A stretch of 63,550 nt of DNA, counting the filler, from Chiloscyllium plagiosum (lineage: Eukaryota): the NCBI RefSeq assembly GCF_004010195.1. It is 4 parts of one record of this genome, joined end to end, with 100 filler letters (N's around TTAATTAATTAA, not from the genome) between each part and the next. Parts side by side here need not be neighbours in the genome. Positions count along the whole stretch, not along the records: positions 19,911 to 47,444 come from NC_057712.1; positions 47,545 to 59,804 come from NC_057712.1; 2 more parts are not named here. One strand, 5' to 3'. Position numbers and translations under genes: made by a program. Below, in pieces: positions 39,345-51,340 of this stretch (within the stretch, counting starts at the first letter, position 1; each line of letters begins with the position of its first letter). Below the pieces are notes generated by a model. The model was not told the origin of the DNA. It saw only the letters and a program-made list of their open reading frames with translations, and did not search any database.

Positions 39345-40567
39345 GATGTGGAGGAGCCAGTGTTGGATTGGGGTGGACAAAATTAAAAATCACTACACCA
39401 GGTTATAGTCCAACAGGCTTATTTGGAAGCACTCAGTATCGGAGTGCTGCTCCTTTCATCAGGTGGTTGTGGAGTATAAGATCATAAGACACAGAATTTA
39501 TAGCAAAGGATTAGTGTAATACAGTGATATGTTGAATAAACCTGGATTGTTAAGTCTTTCATCTTTTAGAATGCAGCTTTTAGTTCATTAATATGTAAAT
39601 CCCAGGGTGTGCGCATGGGTGAGAGTGTGGGGGGGTGGATGTGTGTGTGTGTGTGTGTATGAGAGACAGTCTGTGTGAGTGTGTGTGTGAGAGAGTGTGT
39701 ATAGTTCTGGATGTAAATTTGCTCGCTGAGGTGGAAGGTTCGTTTTTGGACGTTTCATCACTATACTAGGTAACATAATCAGTGAGTGTCTGTTGAAGTG
39801 CTGGTGTTATGTCCTGCTTTCTATTTATGTGTTTGGGTTTCCTTGGGTTGGTGATGTTATTTTTGTTGGTGATATCATGTCCTGTCCTTTTTTCTCAGAG
39901 GGTGGTAAATGGGGTCCAAATCGATGTGTTTGTTGATAGAGTTCCAGTTGGAATGCCATGCTTCTTGGAATTCTCATACTTGTCTCTCTTTGGCTTGTCC
40001 TAGGATGGATGTGTTGTCCCAATCAAAATGGTGTCCTTCTTTGTCTGTATGTAAGGACACTAGTGAGAGAGGGTCATGTCCTTTTCTGTCTCTGTCTCTG
40101 TCTCTCAACCTCTCATGCACACACACAATTCTGTGATACATTTCATTTCGCTCAAAAATGCACAATCTGCAATCCATGTAATATTTTATAAATTTCACTT
40201 GGGAATTAGAACCAGTCTGACTCCAGGCTGGGATACAGACAGACTCTGACCTCACACCTTTAATGCATAATCTGAGCTGAGCTGTCACCTTTTGTTATAA
40301 AACCTTAAGTTATCTTGAGAAGGTGACTTAAAAGAAGTTCTGGGATTTACATATTAACGAACTGAAACCTGCATTCTAAAAGATGAAAATCTTAATAATC
40401 CATGTTTGTTTAATATATCGCTGTATGATACTGTAATCTTTTGGTTTAAAATCTGTGTCTTATGATCTTATACTCCACAACTACCTGATGAAGGAACAGC
40501 ACTCCTGAAAACTAGTGCTTCCAAATAAACCAGTTGGACTATAACCTGGTGTTGTTTGCTTTTTAAT
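39345..40567. mobile_element. Composite Penelope-like locus: ~225-bp inverted arms enclosing a GT/GA microsatellite and a GIY-YIG fragment of another family
   Basis: 39383-39605 is the reverse complement of 40340-40567; minus ORF HTDKEGHHFDWDNTSILGQAKERQ; CTGATGAAGGA..CTCCTGAAA at 40485. Confidence 0.8.
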
Positions 40568-40599
40568 ATTAAGGGATTGCAATGGTGGTTGCTGGGGCA

Positions 40600-41356
40600 T
40601 GTTATATTCATACCTTAAAGAAAATGTTTGGATGTTTCTTGACCAAGCCATGGGATAGTTCTCTCAATTCTGGTACAGGCACCCCAGATGATTGTCGGGA
40701 TGTTTACGTAAGATTCCGATTGAATTTCTAGTGTCTCGAGTGATGGTGCAGACTTTAAGAGGCATGTTTTGTGCTGTTTTCTTTTAGAGAGAAATGTTAG
40801 AGGAAAGGGACGGAGCGGTCTATGAGAAGATAATCCCAAGGCTACACAAGTTGTTTTTTCTTTTTTTTTGAAAATTGGAACAATAGAATGGGTGTGGTCA
40901 AGCTCTTTCAGAACCAGGAGTTTTAGTTTAGCTTTCAGCAGTTGCTATTGGGGTCGTGAAGAGGTGGAAGCTTGTTTTTGACTCTTGCTTATTTACAGCC
41001 AAAAGCTGGGGGTCCTCTGCCTGTTGCAGCAGTTGCATGTGAGACAATCTGTGTCTGCATTTGCTTTTTGCCCAGAGTGTATTTATGGGGATGTTATTAT
41101 ATTAGATCACCTAATTAGTAATGGTGACTGTATCTTTTATTCTGTTATGTTTTCCAATAGAGTTAAGCTATTCTAATTTTTTCTTTTTTTTTAAACTATA
41201 GTGGATGAATAAATTGTATTTTGCTTTAAATCTGGTAGTTTCACCAATCGAAATATATCTGGAAGGCAACACCTTTATACTGACTTTTGAAAAACGAAAA
41301 AGCTAGGGTCTAGACCATCTTAATATTTTGAGGGGGTTTGGTCTGATCCTTAATGC
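40600..41356 (+). mobile_element. Probable solo LTR
   Basis: TGTTAT start, internal AATAAA near 41208, end GAGGGGGTTTGGTCTGATCC; no coding remnant; TSD not confirmed. Confidence 0.4.
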
Positions 41357-42104
41357 TAGGTTGATGCCAATGGCCTGTCCAGTTTAATTTTTCTTTAGAC
41401 TTTGCAGCAGTTTTGATGCAAAAGTGTGGTTTTTAGCTCATTCGAGGGAGCATTTAAGAGTCAACCATGTTACTGTGAGTGTGGTAGGCCTGAACAGGTA
41501 AGGAAGCCAGATTTTCTGCCCTAAAGCAATAATGGATAATCAACAATTGTTACATGGTCACAATTAAGCTAGCATTTAACTCCAGAATTTATTGAATGTC
41601 ATCAACTGTCACTGAGATTTGATCCTATATCCCAGAACGTTAATTTGATGCTCTGGATACTAGACAATATGATCACTGCCTCCTCTTACCTTAGAATTTT
41701 GCGCAGTTTATGAAGTCTACTTCCAATAATTTAGCAAAAACATTTATAAATTTCAACTTGATAAGTTTAATTATGTATAAACCCGCTTTGGTAACTGTGC
41801 TATCTTATTTGTATAAAGAATAAAACCATTTATTTTTTAAAAAAGACACAATTGTAGGTGATATTGCTGTATCACTGCATCCTTTGATAAAAGGAGTTAG
41901 CGAGAATGACAAACAACCTCCGTCAAAAGGTAGCTCTCAAGAAAATCTGAGAAGAAGCTTTTGGCTTTGAATTGGGGGACACATTTTGACCCCCAGATGG
42001 TTCAATTCCCATTCCAGCTTCGTAGACCTGGGACCACCTTGCCCAACGTCTGAGAGTGCAATACACTGGCAATGCACTACTTATGTAAACTATCAAGAAA
42101 ACAG

Positions 42105-42810
42105 CTTAGAGTCATACAGCACAGAAACAGACCCTTTGGTCCAACGCGTCCATGCCAACCATGCTCCCAAGCTAGACTACTCCCTCTTGCCTACGTTTGG
42201 CCCATATCCCTCCAAATCTTTCCTATTCATGTACTTATCCAAATATTTTTTAAACATTGTCATTGTACCCGCATCCACCACTTCCTCTAGATGTTCATGG
42301 GACACACACGTGTCTTTTCTCTCACTCACACACTCTCACACTCTCACACTCTCTCTCACACACTCTCTCACACNNNNNNNNNNNNNNNNNNNNNNNNNNN
42401 NNNNNNNNNNNNNNNNNNNNNNNNNNNNNNNNNNNNNNNNNNNNNNNNNNNNNNNNNNNNNNNNNNNNNNNNNNNNNNNNNNNNNNNNNNCTCTCTCTCT
42501 CTCTCACTCTCTCTCTCACACTCTCTCTCTCACACTCTCTCTCTCACCCCCCCCTTCTCGGGGAAACGTCCTTGCAGTTCACCTTATCCATGCCACTCAT
42601 GGTCACCTCTCGATCTCCTGTGCTCCAGTGAAAACGTTCCCAGCATTCCTGGCAACATCCTGATAACTCTTTGCTGAACCGTCTCCAGCTTAATAATAAA
42701 ATTCCTGTAACAGGGCAACCAGAACTACACGCAGTACTCCAGAAGAAGCCTCACTAATGTCCTATACAACTTCAACATGATGTCTCCTTTCTCATACTCC
42801 AAGGTCTTAA
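42105..42810 (-). mobile_element. CR1 3' segment with CT/CA microsatellite and a 117-N gap (42374-42490)
   Basis: TAGAGTCATACAGCACAGAAACAGACCC tail; minus LKLYRTLVRLLLEYCV. Confidence 0.85.
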
Positions 42811-42875
42811 CAATGAGCGCAAGTGCGTGGGGTGAAGGAGTTGTGGGGAGCATGAGAAGACAATAAATAATGGAG

Positions 42876-42977
42876 CTGCCTCTGGGTAGAGCACGTGTGT
42901 GTTTTGGATCTGCCTCTGGGTAGAGCACGTGTGTGTTTTGGATCTGCCTCTGGATAGAGCACGTGTGTGTTTTGGAT
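42876..42977. repeat. 34-bp minisatellite, 3 copies
   Basis: CTGCCTCTGGGTAGAGCACGTGTGTGTTTTGGAT at 42876, 42910, 42944. Confidence 0.92.
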
Positions 42978-43519
42978 CTGTCTCTGCTCAACACATGCAT
43001 TCCAAATCCTGTTAGTCATATATTCATTTTTTAAATTCTCGCTGGGTCGTAATGATTTAAGAAGAGATTCACTTATACTCCTCCAAAAAAAGATTTAACA
43101 AGAGATATCAGTGTCTCCAGCCCTAGGTAGAAAATCTGGGTTCAGGATCCACTTTGTGATGTGATAGCAGCTTTGGCTCACAGTTAATGAATGAGGCTGA
43201 ATTACAGACACCACAACATACCATGGAGGGGATATTTTCTGGCAGAATGTTATAGCCTTTCAGATATATCTTCCGATTGGATTTGTGGTTAAAGGTAGGA
43301 AGGTTTGACTGAGAGTATGGCATTTTTATGGACCCAGATGGTAGAAGGCAATTGCCCCAAAAGGTTGAGGTTCTTTCTGCTTTTGTTTGGGTGAGAGGGA
43401 GGGTTGCAGGGTAGATCAGCTATCTGACAATGGAACTGTGGTCCCTTCACATAGGGAGAGCAACAAGCAATCTAGTGGTAGTACGGGATAATGTAGTGAT
43501 TGGGATGGACGCTTCTGTG

Positions 43520-45203
43520 AATTACCAGGATGTTGCTGGGTTCGAGGGTAGGGAGAGGCTGAATAGGCTGAAGCTATTTTCCCTGGACCATCAGAGGCTG
43601 AGGTTGATTAAATAATGAGGGGCATGGATAGGGCAAATAACAAAGGTCTTTTCCTCAGGGTAGGGGAGTATAATACTAGAGGGTGTTGGTTTAAGGTGAA
43701 AGGGGAAAGATTTAAAAGGGACCTAAGGGGCAACTTTTGTGCTGAGGGTGGTGATTATATGGGATGAACTGGCAGAGAAAGTGTCTGAACCTGGTACAAT
43801 TACATCATTTAAAAAGTATCTGGATAGGCACATGGATAGAAAGGGTTTGGAAGGATAAGGCCAAATGCTGGCAAATGGGACCTGGTTAATTTAGGATATC
43901 TAATCAACATGGACAGGTTTAACCAAAGGCTCTGTTCCCATTCTGTACTGCTCTATGGATTTATAAAAAATAAATCCAAAAGACTATTCTTATGGATTTG
44001 AGTTTTTTTGAAGAAGTAACAAAGAGGATTGATGAGGGCAGTGCGGTAGATGTGATCTATATGGACTTCAATAAGGCATTCAACAAGGTTCCCCATGGGA
44101 GACTGATTAGAAAGGTTAGATCTCACAGAGTACAGGGAGAACTGGCCATTTGGATACAGAACTGGCACGAAGGTAGAAGACAGAGGGTGGTGGTGGAGGG
44201 TCGTTTTTCAGACTGGAGGCTTGTGACTAGTGGAGTGCCACAAGGATCGGTGCTGCGCCCTCTACATTTTGTCATTTAAGGATCGGTGCTGCGCCCTCTA
44301 CATTTTGTCATTTACTTAAATGATTTGGATGCGAGCATAAGAGGTAAAGTTAGTAAGTTTACAGATGACACCAAAATTGGAGGTGTAGTGGACAGCGAAG
44401 AGGGATACCTCAGATTACAATAGGATCTGGACCAGATGGAGATTAATTCAGATAAATGAGAGGTGCTGCATTTTGGGAAAGCAAATCTTAGCCGGACTTA
44501 TACACTTAATGGTAAGGTCCTCTGGAGTGTTGCTGAACAAATAGACCTTGGAGGGCAGGTTCATAGCTCCTTGAATGTAGAGTTGCAGTAGATAGGATAG
44601 TGAAGAAGTCGTTTGGTATGCTTTCTTTTATTGAGTACAGGAGTTAGGTCATGTTGCGACTGTACAGGACACTGTTGGAATATTGCGTACAATTCTGGTC
44701 TTCCTATCGGAAAGATGTTGTGAAACGTGAAAGGGTTTAGAAAAGATTCACAAGGATGTTGCCAGGATTGGAGGCTGAACAGGTTGGGTCTGTTTTCCCT
44801 GGAGCGTCGGAGGTTAAGGGGTGACTTTATAGAGGTTTACAAAATTATGCGGGGTATGGATAGGGTAAATAGACAAAGTCGTTTCCCTGAGGTCGGGGAG
44901 TCCAGAACGAGAGGGCATAGGTTTAGGGTGAGAGGGGAAAGATATAAGAGACCTAAGTGGCAACTTTTTCACGCAGAGGGTGGTACATGTATGGAATGAG
45001 CTGCCAGAGGAAGTGGTGGAGGCTAGTACAATTGCGACATTAAAGAGGCATTTGGATGGGTATATGAATAGGACGGGTTTGGAGGGATATGGTCCAGGTA
45101 CTGGCAGGTGGGATTAGATTGGGTTGAGATATCTGGACGGCGTGGACGGGTTGGTCCGAAAGGTCTATTTCCATGCTGTACATCTCTATGACTCTGTGAC
45201 TCT
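43520..45203 (+). mobile_element. CR1/HER1 LINE segments (older 43520-43960; RT to tail 43990-45203)
   Basis: FFEEVTKRIDEGSAVDVIYMDFNKAFNKVPHGRL..VTSGVPQGSVL; LGLFSLERRRLRGD; CTCTATGACTCT tail. Confidence 0.92.
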
Positions 45204-45206
45204 AAG

Positions 45207-45743
45207 TGTTAAGTGGAGTGATGCAGTTGGCCCAACCACTTCGTTTTTAACAAAACAGAAATGAAACACAAACAAGAGAACAGAATATAGAATAACTTAA
45301 CCTATCTGAAAACCCAACAGATTACCCAACTTAATGATGCTGTTCCAAATACTTGCAGTAATCCCCATTAACATTCCTTGGCAAAAAAGATAAAATCAAA
45401 CACTGGATCTTACAGGAGAGAGAGAAAGAGAGAGATGGCAGAGAGATTCAGCATGGAACACCCTTTTTCCATGGAGCTGTTTCTTGGACCAGCAGCATCA
45501 AAACTGACTTGCCATAACAAAATCAGAAAAGCTGAGCTGGGAGAACTGTCCATCCCCTTTCATTGTATGTGTTTTTCTTTAATTTTGAAAGCCTTTTTCT
45601 TGAGGCAATATCTGTTAGCTATAATCAAATTGGCCGTAAAACCCTTCAAACTTAGACCTCCCGGAGTCTGTGTCATTACGACCTCCTGAGAAAAAAAAAA
45701 GCCGAGGACAACATAGCCTTGTTAAAGGAGCAGCATTGTCACA
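45207..45743 (-). mobile_element. Possible solo LTR
   Basis: TGTT...TGTCACA ends, non-coding. Confidence 0.35.
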
Positions 45744-46470
45744 CTATGTTGCCTAACCACTGATGAGGCTTGGAGTATTTTCTGAAGGCTATACAGAAAC
45801 TTGGAATGGGAAGGAGACGATACAGTTGTTGGGGGCCAAGTTGGTACAAGTGACATAGGCAGGACTAGGTAAGAAACTGCTCAGACAGCCGAAGGAGGAA
45901 GAACCCGCAAGGATAACCATCTTTTGGATTATTAACTGTGCTACTGGTCAAAATAGTAGAAAACAGATAAGAATAATGAAATGAATAGGTGGCACAAAGG
46001 CTGGTGCAGGAGAAATAGGATCTAGTTTGTGGGACAATGATACCAGTACTGATCTGCTCCTAAATTGTGCTGGGGCCATTGTCTACAAATTTAGAAAGTG
46101 ATGTGATTTGATTTTTTAAATTATTTCAGGAACTTGGGATAGACAAGAAAATTAGAAAGAAACTATTTCTGCTTGTTGAACAGTTTAGGACTAGGGATAT
46201 AGTCTTAAGAATTAGAGCTTTATGTTTTCAGGAATGAAATTTGGATATAATTCTCTACATAAATGGATGTAGAAGTTTGGAATATTCATCCGCAATGCTA
46301 ATTCATGATAGATTTTATGTTAATTTTAAATTTGAGATGATATTTATTCAGTAAAGATACGGAAATATTTGGGGTACAGGCAGGTCTCCAAAATTAGATC
46401 ATAATGGCAAAACAGGCTCTAGGAACTAAATGACTAACTACAGTTCCAGTGTTCCCATATTATTACATTG

Positions 46471-46807
46471 AAATAAATTGTTTTCTGGTGAGTGAGTGGG
46501 GTTTCCAACAAGGGAACATGGAGATGAATCATCGAATTATACAGTACAGAAGGAAGCAACTCAACCCATTCATATCTGTACTGGCTCCTGAAAGAGCAAC
46601 CCAGTTAGTCCCACTCTTCAGCTTTATCTCTGTCGCCCTCTAAATAAATTGTGGTGAGTGAGTGGGGTTTCCAACAAGGGAACATGGAGATGAATCATCG
46701 AATTATACAGTACAGAAGGAAGCAACTCAACCCATTCATATCTGTACTGGCTCCTGAAAGAGCAACCCAGTTAGTCCCACTCTTCAGCTTTATCTCTGTC
46801 GCCCTCT
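46471..46807. repeat. Near-perfect tandem duplication (~166-171 bp x2)
   Basis: TGGTGAGTGAGTGGGG...GTCGCCCTCT at 46486-46641 and 46652-46807, each preceded by AAATAAATTG. Confidence 0.95.
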
Positions 46808-47269
46808 CAGACGGCAACACCGAGGAACAATCCAGACGTTTAAAATAGTTATGTAAGGATATTTGTTTATTTATTTGTTTGAAATTGGGTTTGACACCGT
46901 CGTCTCGAGAGTAATGTTTGCTTCATCTAGGTTGAAATCAGCGCTGAATTAAGATGATTAGCTCCTGCCGAGAAGCTGTAGTTGTTTGCAGAATGACGTA
47001 GTTCATAATAGACAACAAATTCTAACCCCAAGGAATTTGTAATTCTATGATTAATCTGTATTGAGAGACAACAGGAATAGGTGGATATTTCATTTTATCT
47101 CAGTGAAAATATGGATATAATTTATTCCCTAAAATGCTGAATTTCAAAGTTCATGTTGAAATGTAACTTCAAGATCATTGGTAATTTTTTATTGCATTTG
47201 TTTTACACCATAAAATAAATGGGATAGCTTTACAACTTTTTAAAAAATCAACATTGTTAACAGTAATTT

Positions 47270-48095
47270 CGAGACTAGAGTGGTGCTGGAAAAGCACAGC
47301 AGTTCAGGCAGCATCCGATGAGCAGGAAAATCGACATTTCAGGCAAAAGCCCTTCAGGAATAGAGGCAGGGTGCCTGCAGGGTGGAGAGATAAATGAGAG
47401 GAGGGTGGGGGTGGGGAGAAAGTAGCATAGAGTACAATAGGTGANNNNNNNNNNNNNNNNNNNNNNNNNNNNNNNNNNNNNNNNNNNNTTAATTAATTAA
47501 NNNNNNNNNNNNNNNNNNNNNNNNNNNNNNNNNNNNNNNNNNNNGGATGGGATGTGTTGGAGGCGGGAGAAGGGGTCGTCAGAGGGTGGGCGAGAATCTT
47601 GGTTGAAGAAGTAGGCACGGAGGCGAAGGCGGCGGAAGAATTGTTCGATGTCACGCCGCGTGTTGAATTCTTGATCCGAGAGCGTAGGGGAATGAAGGTA
47701 AGGCCTCTGCTGAGGACTGATCTTTCATCCTCAGAGAGGGGTAGTTCTGGAGGGATGGTGAAAACACGGCAGGGCTGGGAGGTAGGACCTGGTGTGGGGC
47801 TGGAGCTGGGAGTTGGGGCGGAGTTGGGCGTGGTGACGGAGATCGGTGTGGGGGCGGGGTTAAGCGTGTGATGGAGATCGGCGTGGGGGCGGGATTAGGC
47901 ATGGTGACGGAGATCAGCGTGGGGGCGGGGTTAGGCGTGGGGGCGGGGTTAGGCGTGGTGACGGAGATCGGCGTGGGGGCGGAGACACATGCGGCGTTGT
48001 GGTCGTGCAGATTAGTGATGTCACTGGGGGCGGAAGTGGCTGTGGCGACGACAGAAACAGTGTTATTCCCGATAGCCGCGGAGGCCGCGAATCTG
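47270..48095 (-). mobile_element. Penelope-like element pieces on both sides of a linker: terminal repeat and N-terminal ORF region
   Basis: Minus strand PCRVFTIPPELPLSEDERSVLSRGLTFIPLR / EFNTRRDIEQFFRRLRLRAYFF (one frameshift); CpG-rich, so relatively young. Confidence 0.85.
47445..47544. other. Artificial 100-bp scaffold linker
   Basis: 44 N + TTAATTAATTAA + 44 N. Confidence 0.97.
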
Positions 48096-48097
48096 TC

Positions 48098-49520
48098 GGT
48101 GCTTCTTCACTATCCTATCTACCTGCGACTCCACTTTCAAGGAGCAATGAACCTGCACTCTAAGATCTCTTTGTTCATCAACACCCCTTAGGACCTTAAC
48201 ATGAAGTGTATAAGTCCTACTAAGATTTGCTTTCCCAAAATGCAGCACCTCATATTTATCTGAATTAAACTCCATCTGCCACTTCTCAGCCCATTGGCCC
48301 ATCTGGTCCATATCCTGTTGTAATCTGAGGTAACCCTCTTCGCTGTCCACTACACCTCCAATTTTGGTGTCATCTGCAAACTTACTAACTGCACCTCTTA
48401 TGCTCGCATCCAAATCATTTATGTAAACGACAAAAATTAATTGGTAAATTCACTTTGTAATTATTTTTTGTCTGCTACATCTTTTTAAATTTCTTTTCAA
48501 ATTGCTTCACTTTCCATCAGACATTGATATTTAAGTACTTTTTGCATGTTTCTTCCTTCAGACTTATTTTTTTTCAGTGTTTTATTCATCCATTATGCTA
48601 CATTACAAACTCACCTGAATGGCTTTTAATTAAACACGTTTCTTCTGAACACTATCAATGATTTTTTTAAAGATACTTCACAGCTTTTCTGTTCCTTTAT
48701 TAAGATTTTCCTTTAGACCACTACACCATTAGACCATGAGAAATATGAGTGGAAGTAAGGCCATTCGGTCCATCAGGTCCACTCTGGCATTCAATCATGG
48801 CTGATGGGCATTTCAACGCCACTTACCCGCACGCTCCCCATATCCCTTGATTCCTTGCGGGATTGAGAATTTATCAATCTCTGCCTTGAATACCTTTAAT
48901 GTCCCGGCCTCCACTGCACTCTATGGCAATGAATTCCACAGGCCCACCACTCTCTGGCTGAAGAAATGTCTCCTCATTTCCATTCTAAATTGACCCCCTC
49001 TGATTCTAAGGCTAGTATCAGAGTGCCCACGAGTCCTAGTATCCCTGCCTGACAGAAACAATTTCCCAATGTCCATCTTTTCTATGCCATGCATTATCTT
49101 GTAACTTTGTATTAGATCTCCCCTCAACCTTCTAAACTCTAATGATTGCAATCCCAGGATAGGTCCTCAGCCGTTCATTGTATGTTAGGCCTACCATTCC
49201 AGGGATCATCCGTGTGAATCTCTGCTGGACACGCCCCAGTGCCAGTCTGTCCTTCCTGAGGTGTAGGGTCCAAAACTGGACACAATATTCTAAATGGTGC
49301 CTAACCAGAGCTTTATAAAGTCTCAGTAGCACATCACTGCTTTTACATTCCAACCCTCTTGTAATAAATGAAAACAATACATTTGCTTTCTTAACCACGC
49401 ACTCAACCTGCAAGTCAACCTTTAGAGAATCCTGTACTAGCACTCCCAGATCCTTTTCTACTTTGGCTTTATATATTTTCTCTCCGCTTATAAAATAGTC
49501 TATGCCTGTGTTATTTTTTC
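48098..49520 (-). mobile_element. Two CR1 fragments (48098-48435; 48725-49520)
   Basis: VSKFADDTKIGG..WAEKWQMEFN; LYKALVRHHLEYCVQFW; RTRGHS; VVGLWNSLP. Confidence 0.9.
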
Positions 49521-50469
49521 CAATGTGCGTTATTTTCTACTTTACTTCCTTAAGTTTCACAATAATCTCTTCGTAATTGGCTATTCTTCAGCCTATCAAT
49601 CTTTGCCTGATTTATGACTTACCATTCAATACAATATTGGGATCATTAATACTAAAGTATTCTTTATTTATTATGACAGGATCGTTTTTATTTCATTTCC
49701 CAGTCCAGGTCCAACAGTGGTTTGTTCATTGTTGAACTTACATTATTGAGTAACAAAGAAATCCTGTATACACTAAACCTCATGATGTGGAGGTGCCGGT
49801 GTTGGACGGGAGTAGACAAAGTCAGAAGTCACACGACACCAGGCTATTTAAAATCACAAGCTCTTGGAGCACTACCCCTTCATCAGGGTCTGTAACCTGG
49901 AGTCACGCGACTTATCATTAAACCTCAATTCACTTCCCTCATTGCATTTCATTAAACTTTCTTTCATAGTTATTCCATGACTGTTATTCAGCGCATATAT
50001 ATTTCCTCCTCCAATTACTCTGCACTATTTAATAGCTTATGATAATCCATTATACAGCGAATGATCCCTTTCTATATTTAAACTTATTTCATACAGATGC
50101 TATACTAAAACAGAAGTAACTTGTTTAGAAATTCAGAACTTTTATTTTTCCCCAAAGATTTTCATCATTCTTTTAGACTTAGTATCTGAAAAAGGAAATC
50201 TGCTATAATCCCTTGATAATATGAGCATTTCCCTCACTGAATGTGATCAAGATATATCAGAACACAATGCTGCAGTACATAAATGTTTGCTTAAAAGTCC
50301 AATGTAACTCACCATTCAAAGATACAGCATACTTTGTCATCAATGGGAGGGAACTTACATTTCTATGGAAAGACTTGTGTCTTTGCTTTCAGAACTTCCA
50401 CAGTTCTTGCCTGCAGATAAATGCATGAAGTTCACCAATTGCACATTCACAAGATTCTGTACATGAGTA

Positions 50470-51340
50470 GTGATAAACGGCTCCATTTCGGAATGTAACC
50501 AGTGGGGTACCGCAGGGATCAGTGCTGGCACTGCAGCTTTTTACAATATAGAAGATGGTATTAGTAATAACATTAGCAAATTTGCTGATGAGACTAAGCT
50601 GAGTGGCAGGGTGAAATGTGAGGAGGACGTTAGGAGATTACAGGGTGACCTGGACAGGTTAGGTGAGTGGTCAGATGCATGGCAGATGCAGTTTAATGTG
50701 GATAAATGTATGGTTATCCACTTTGGTGGCAAGAACAGAAAGGCAGATTAATACCTAAATGGAATCAATTTAGGTAAAGGGGCAGTACAAAGAGATCTGG
50801 GTGTTCTTGTACACCAGTCAATGAAGGTAAGCATGCAGGTACAGCAGGTAGTGAAGAAGGCTAATAGTATGCTGGCCTTCAAGAGGGATTGATTATAGAA
50901 ACAAAGAGGTTCTTCTGCAGCTGTACAGGGCCCTGGTGAGACCGCACCTGGAGTACTGTATGCAGTTCTGGTCTCCAAATTTGAGGAAAGACATTCTGGC
51001 TATTGAAGGAATGCAGCGTATGTTCACGAGGTCAATTCCTGGAATGGCGGGACTACCTTACGCTGAAAGACTGAAGCAACTGGGCTTGTATATCCTTGTC
51101 CCAGAGAGTGGTGGCTGTGTGGAATGCTCTGCCCCAGAGGGCAGTGGAGGCCCAGTCTCTGGATTCATTTAAGAAAGAGTTGGATAGAGCTCTCAAGGAT
51201 AGTGGAATCAAGGGTTAAGGAGATAAGGCAGGAAGAGGATACTGATTAAGGATGATCAGCCATGATCATATTGAATGGTGGTGCAGGCTCAAAGGGCTGA
51301 ATGGCCTACTCCTGCACCTATTGTCTATTGTCTATTGTCT
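50470..51340 (+). mobile_element. CR1 LINE 3' part
   Basis: [44 protein letters not shown]; (CTATTGT)n tail. Confidence 0.92.

Noticed and set aside
46449..46848. Two near-identical 64-65 aa ORFs as tandem small genes
   Set aside because: They arise from a local duplication of repeat-like non-coding DNA and start at GTG
47554..48191. Gly/Val-rich plus-strand ORFs (elastin- or silk-like)
   Set aside because: Antisense reading of a minisatellite within the Penelope-like element
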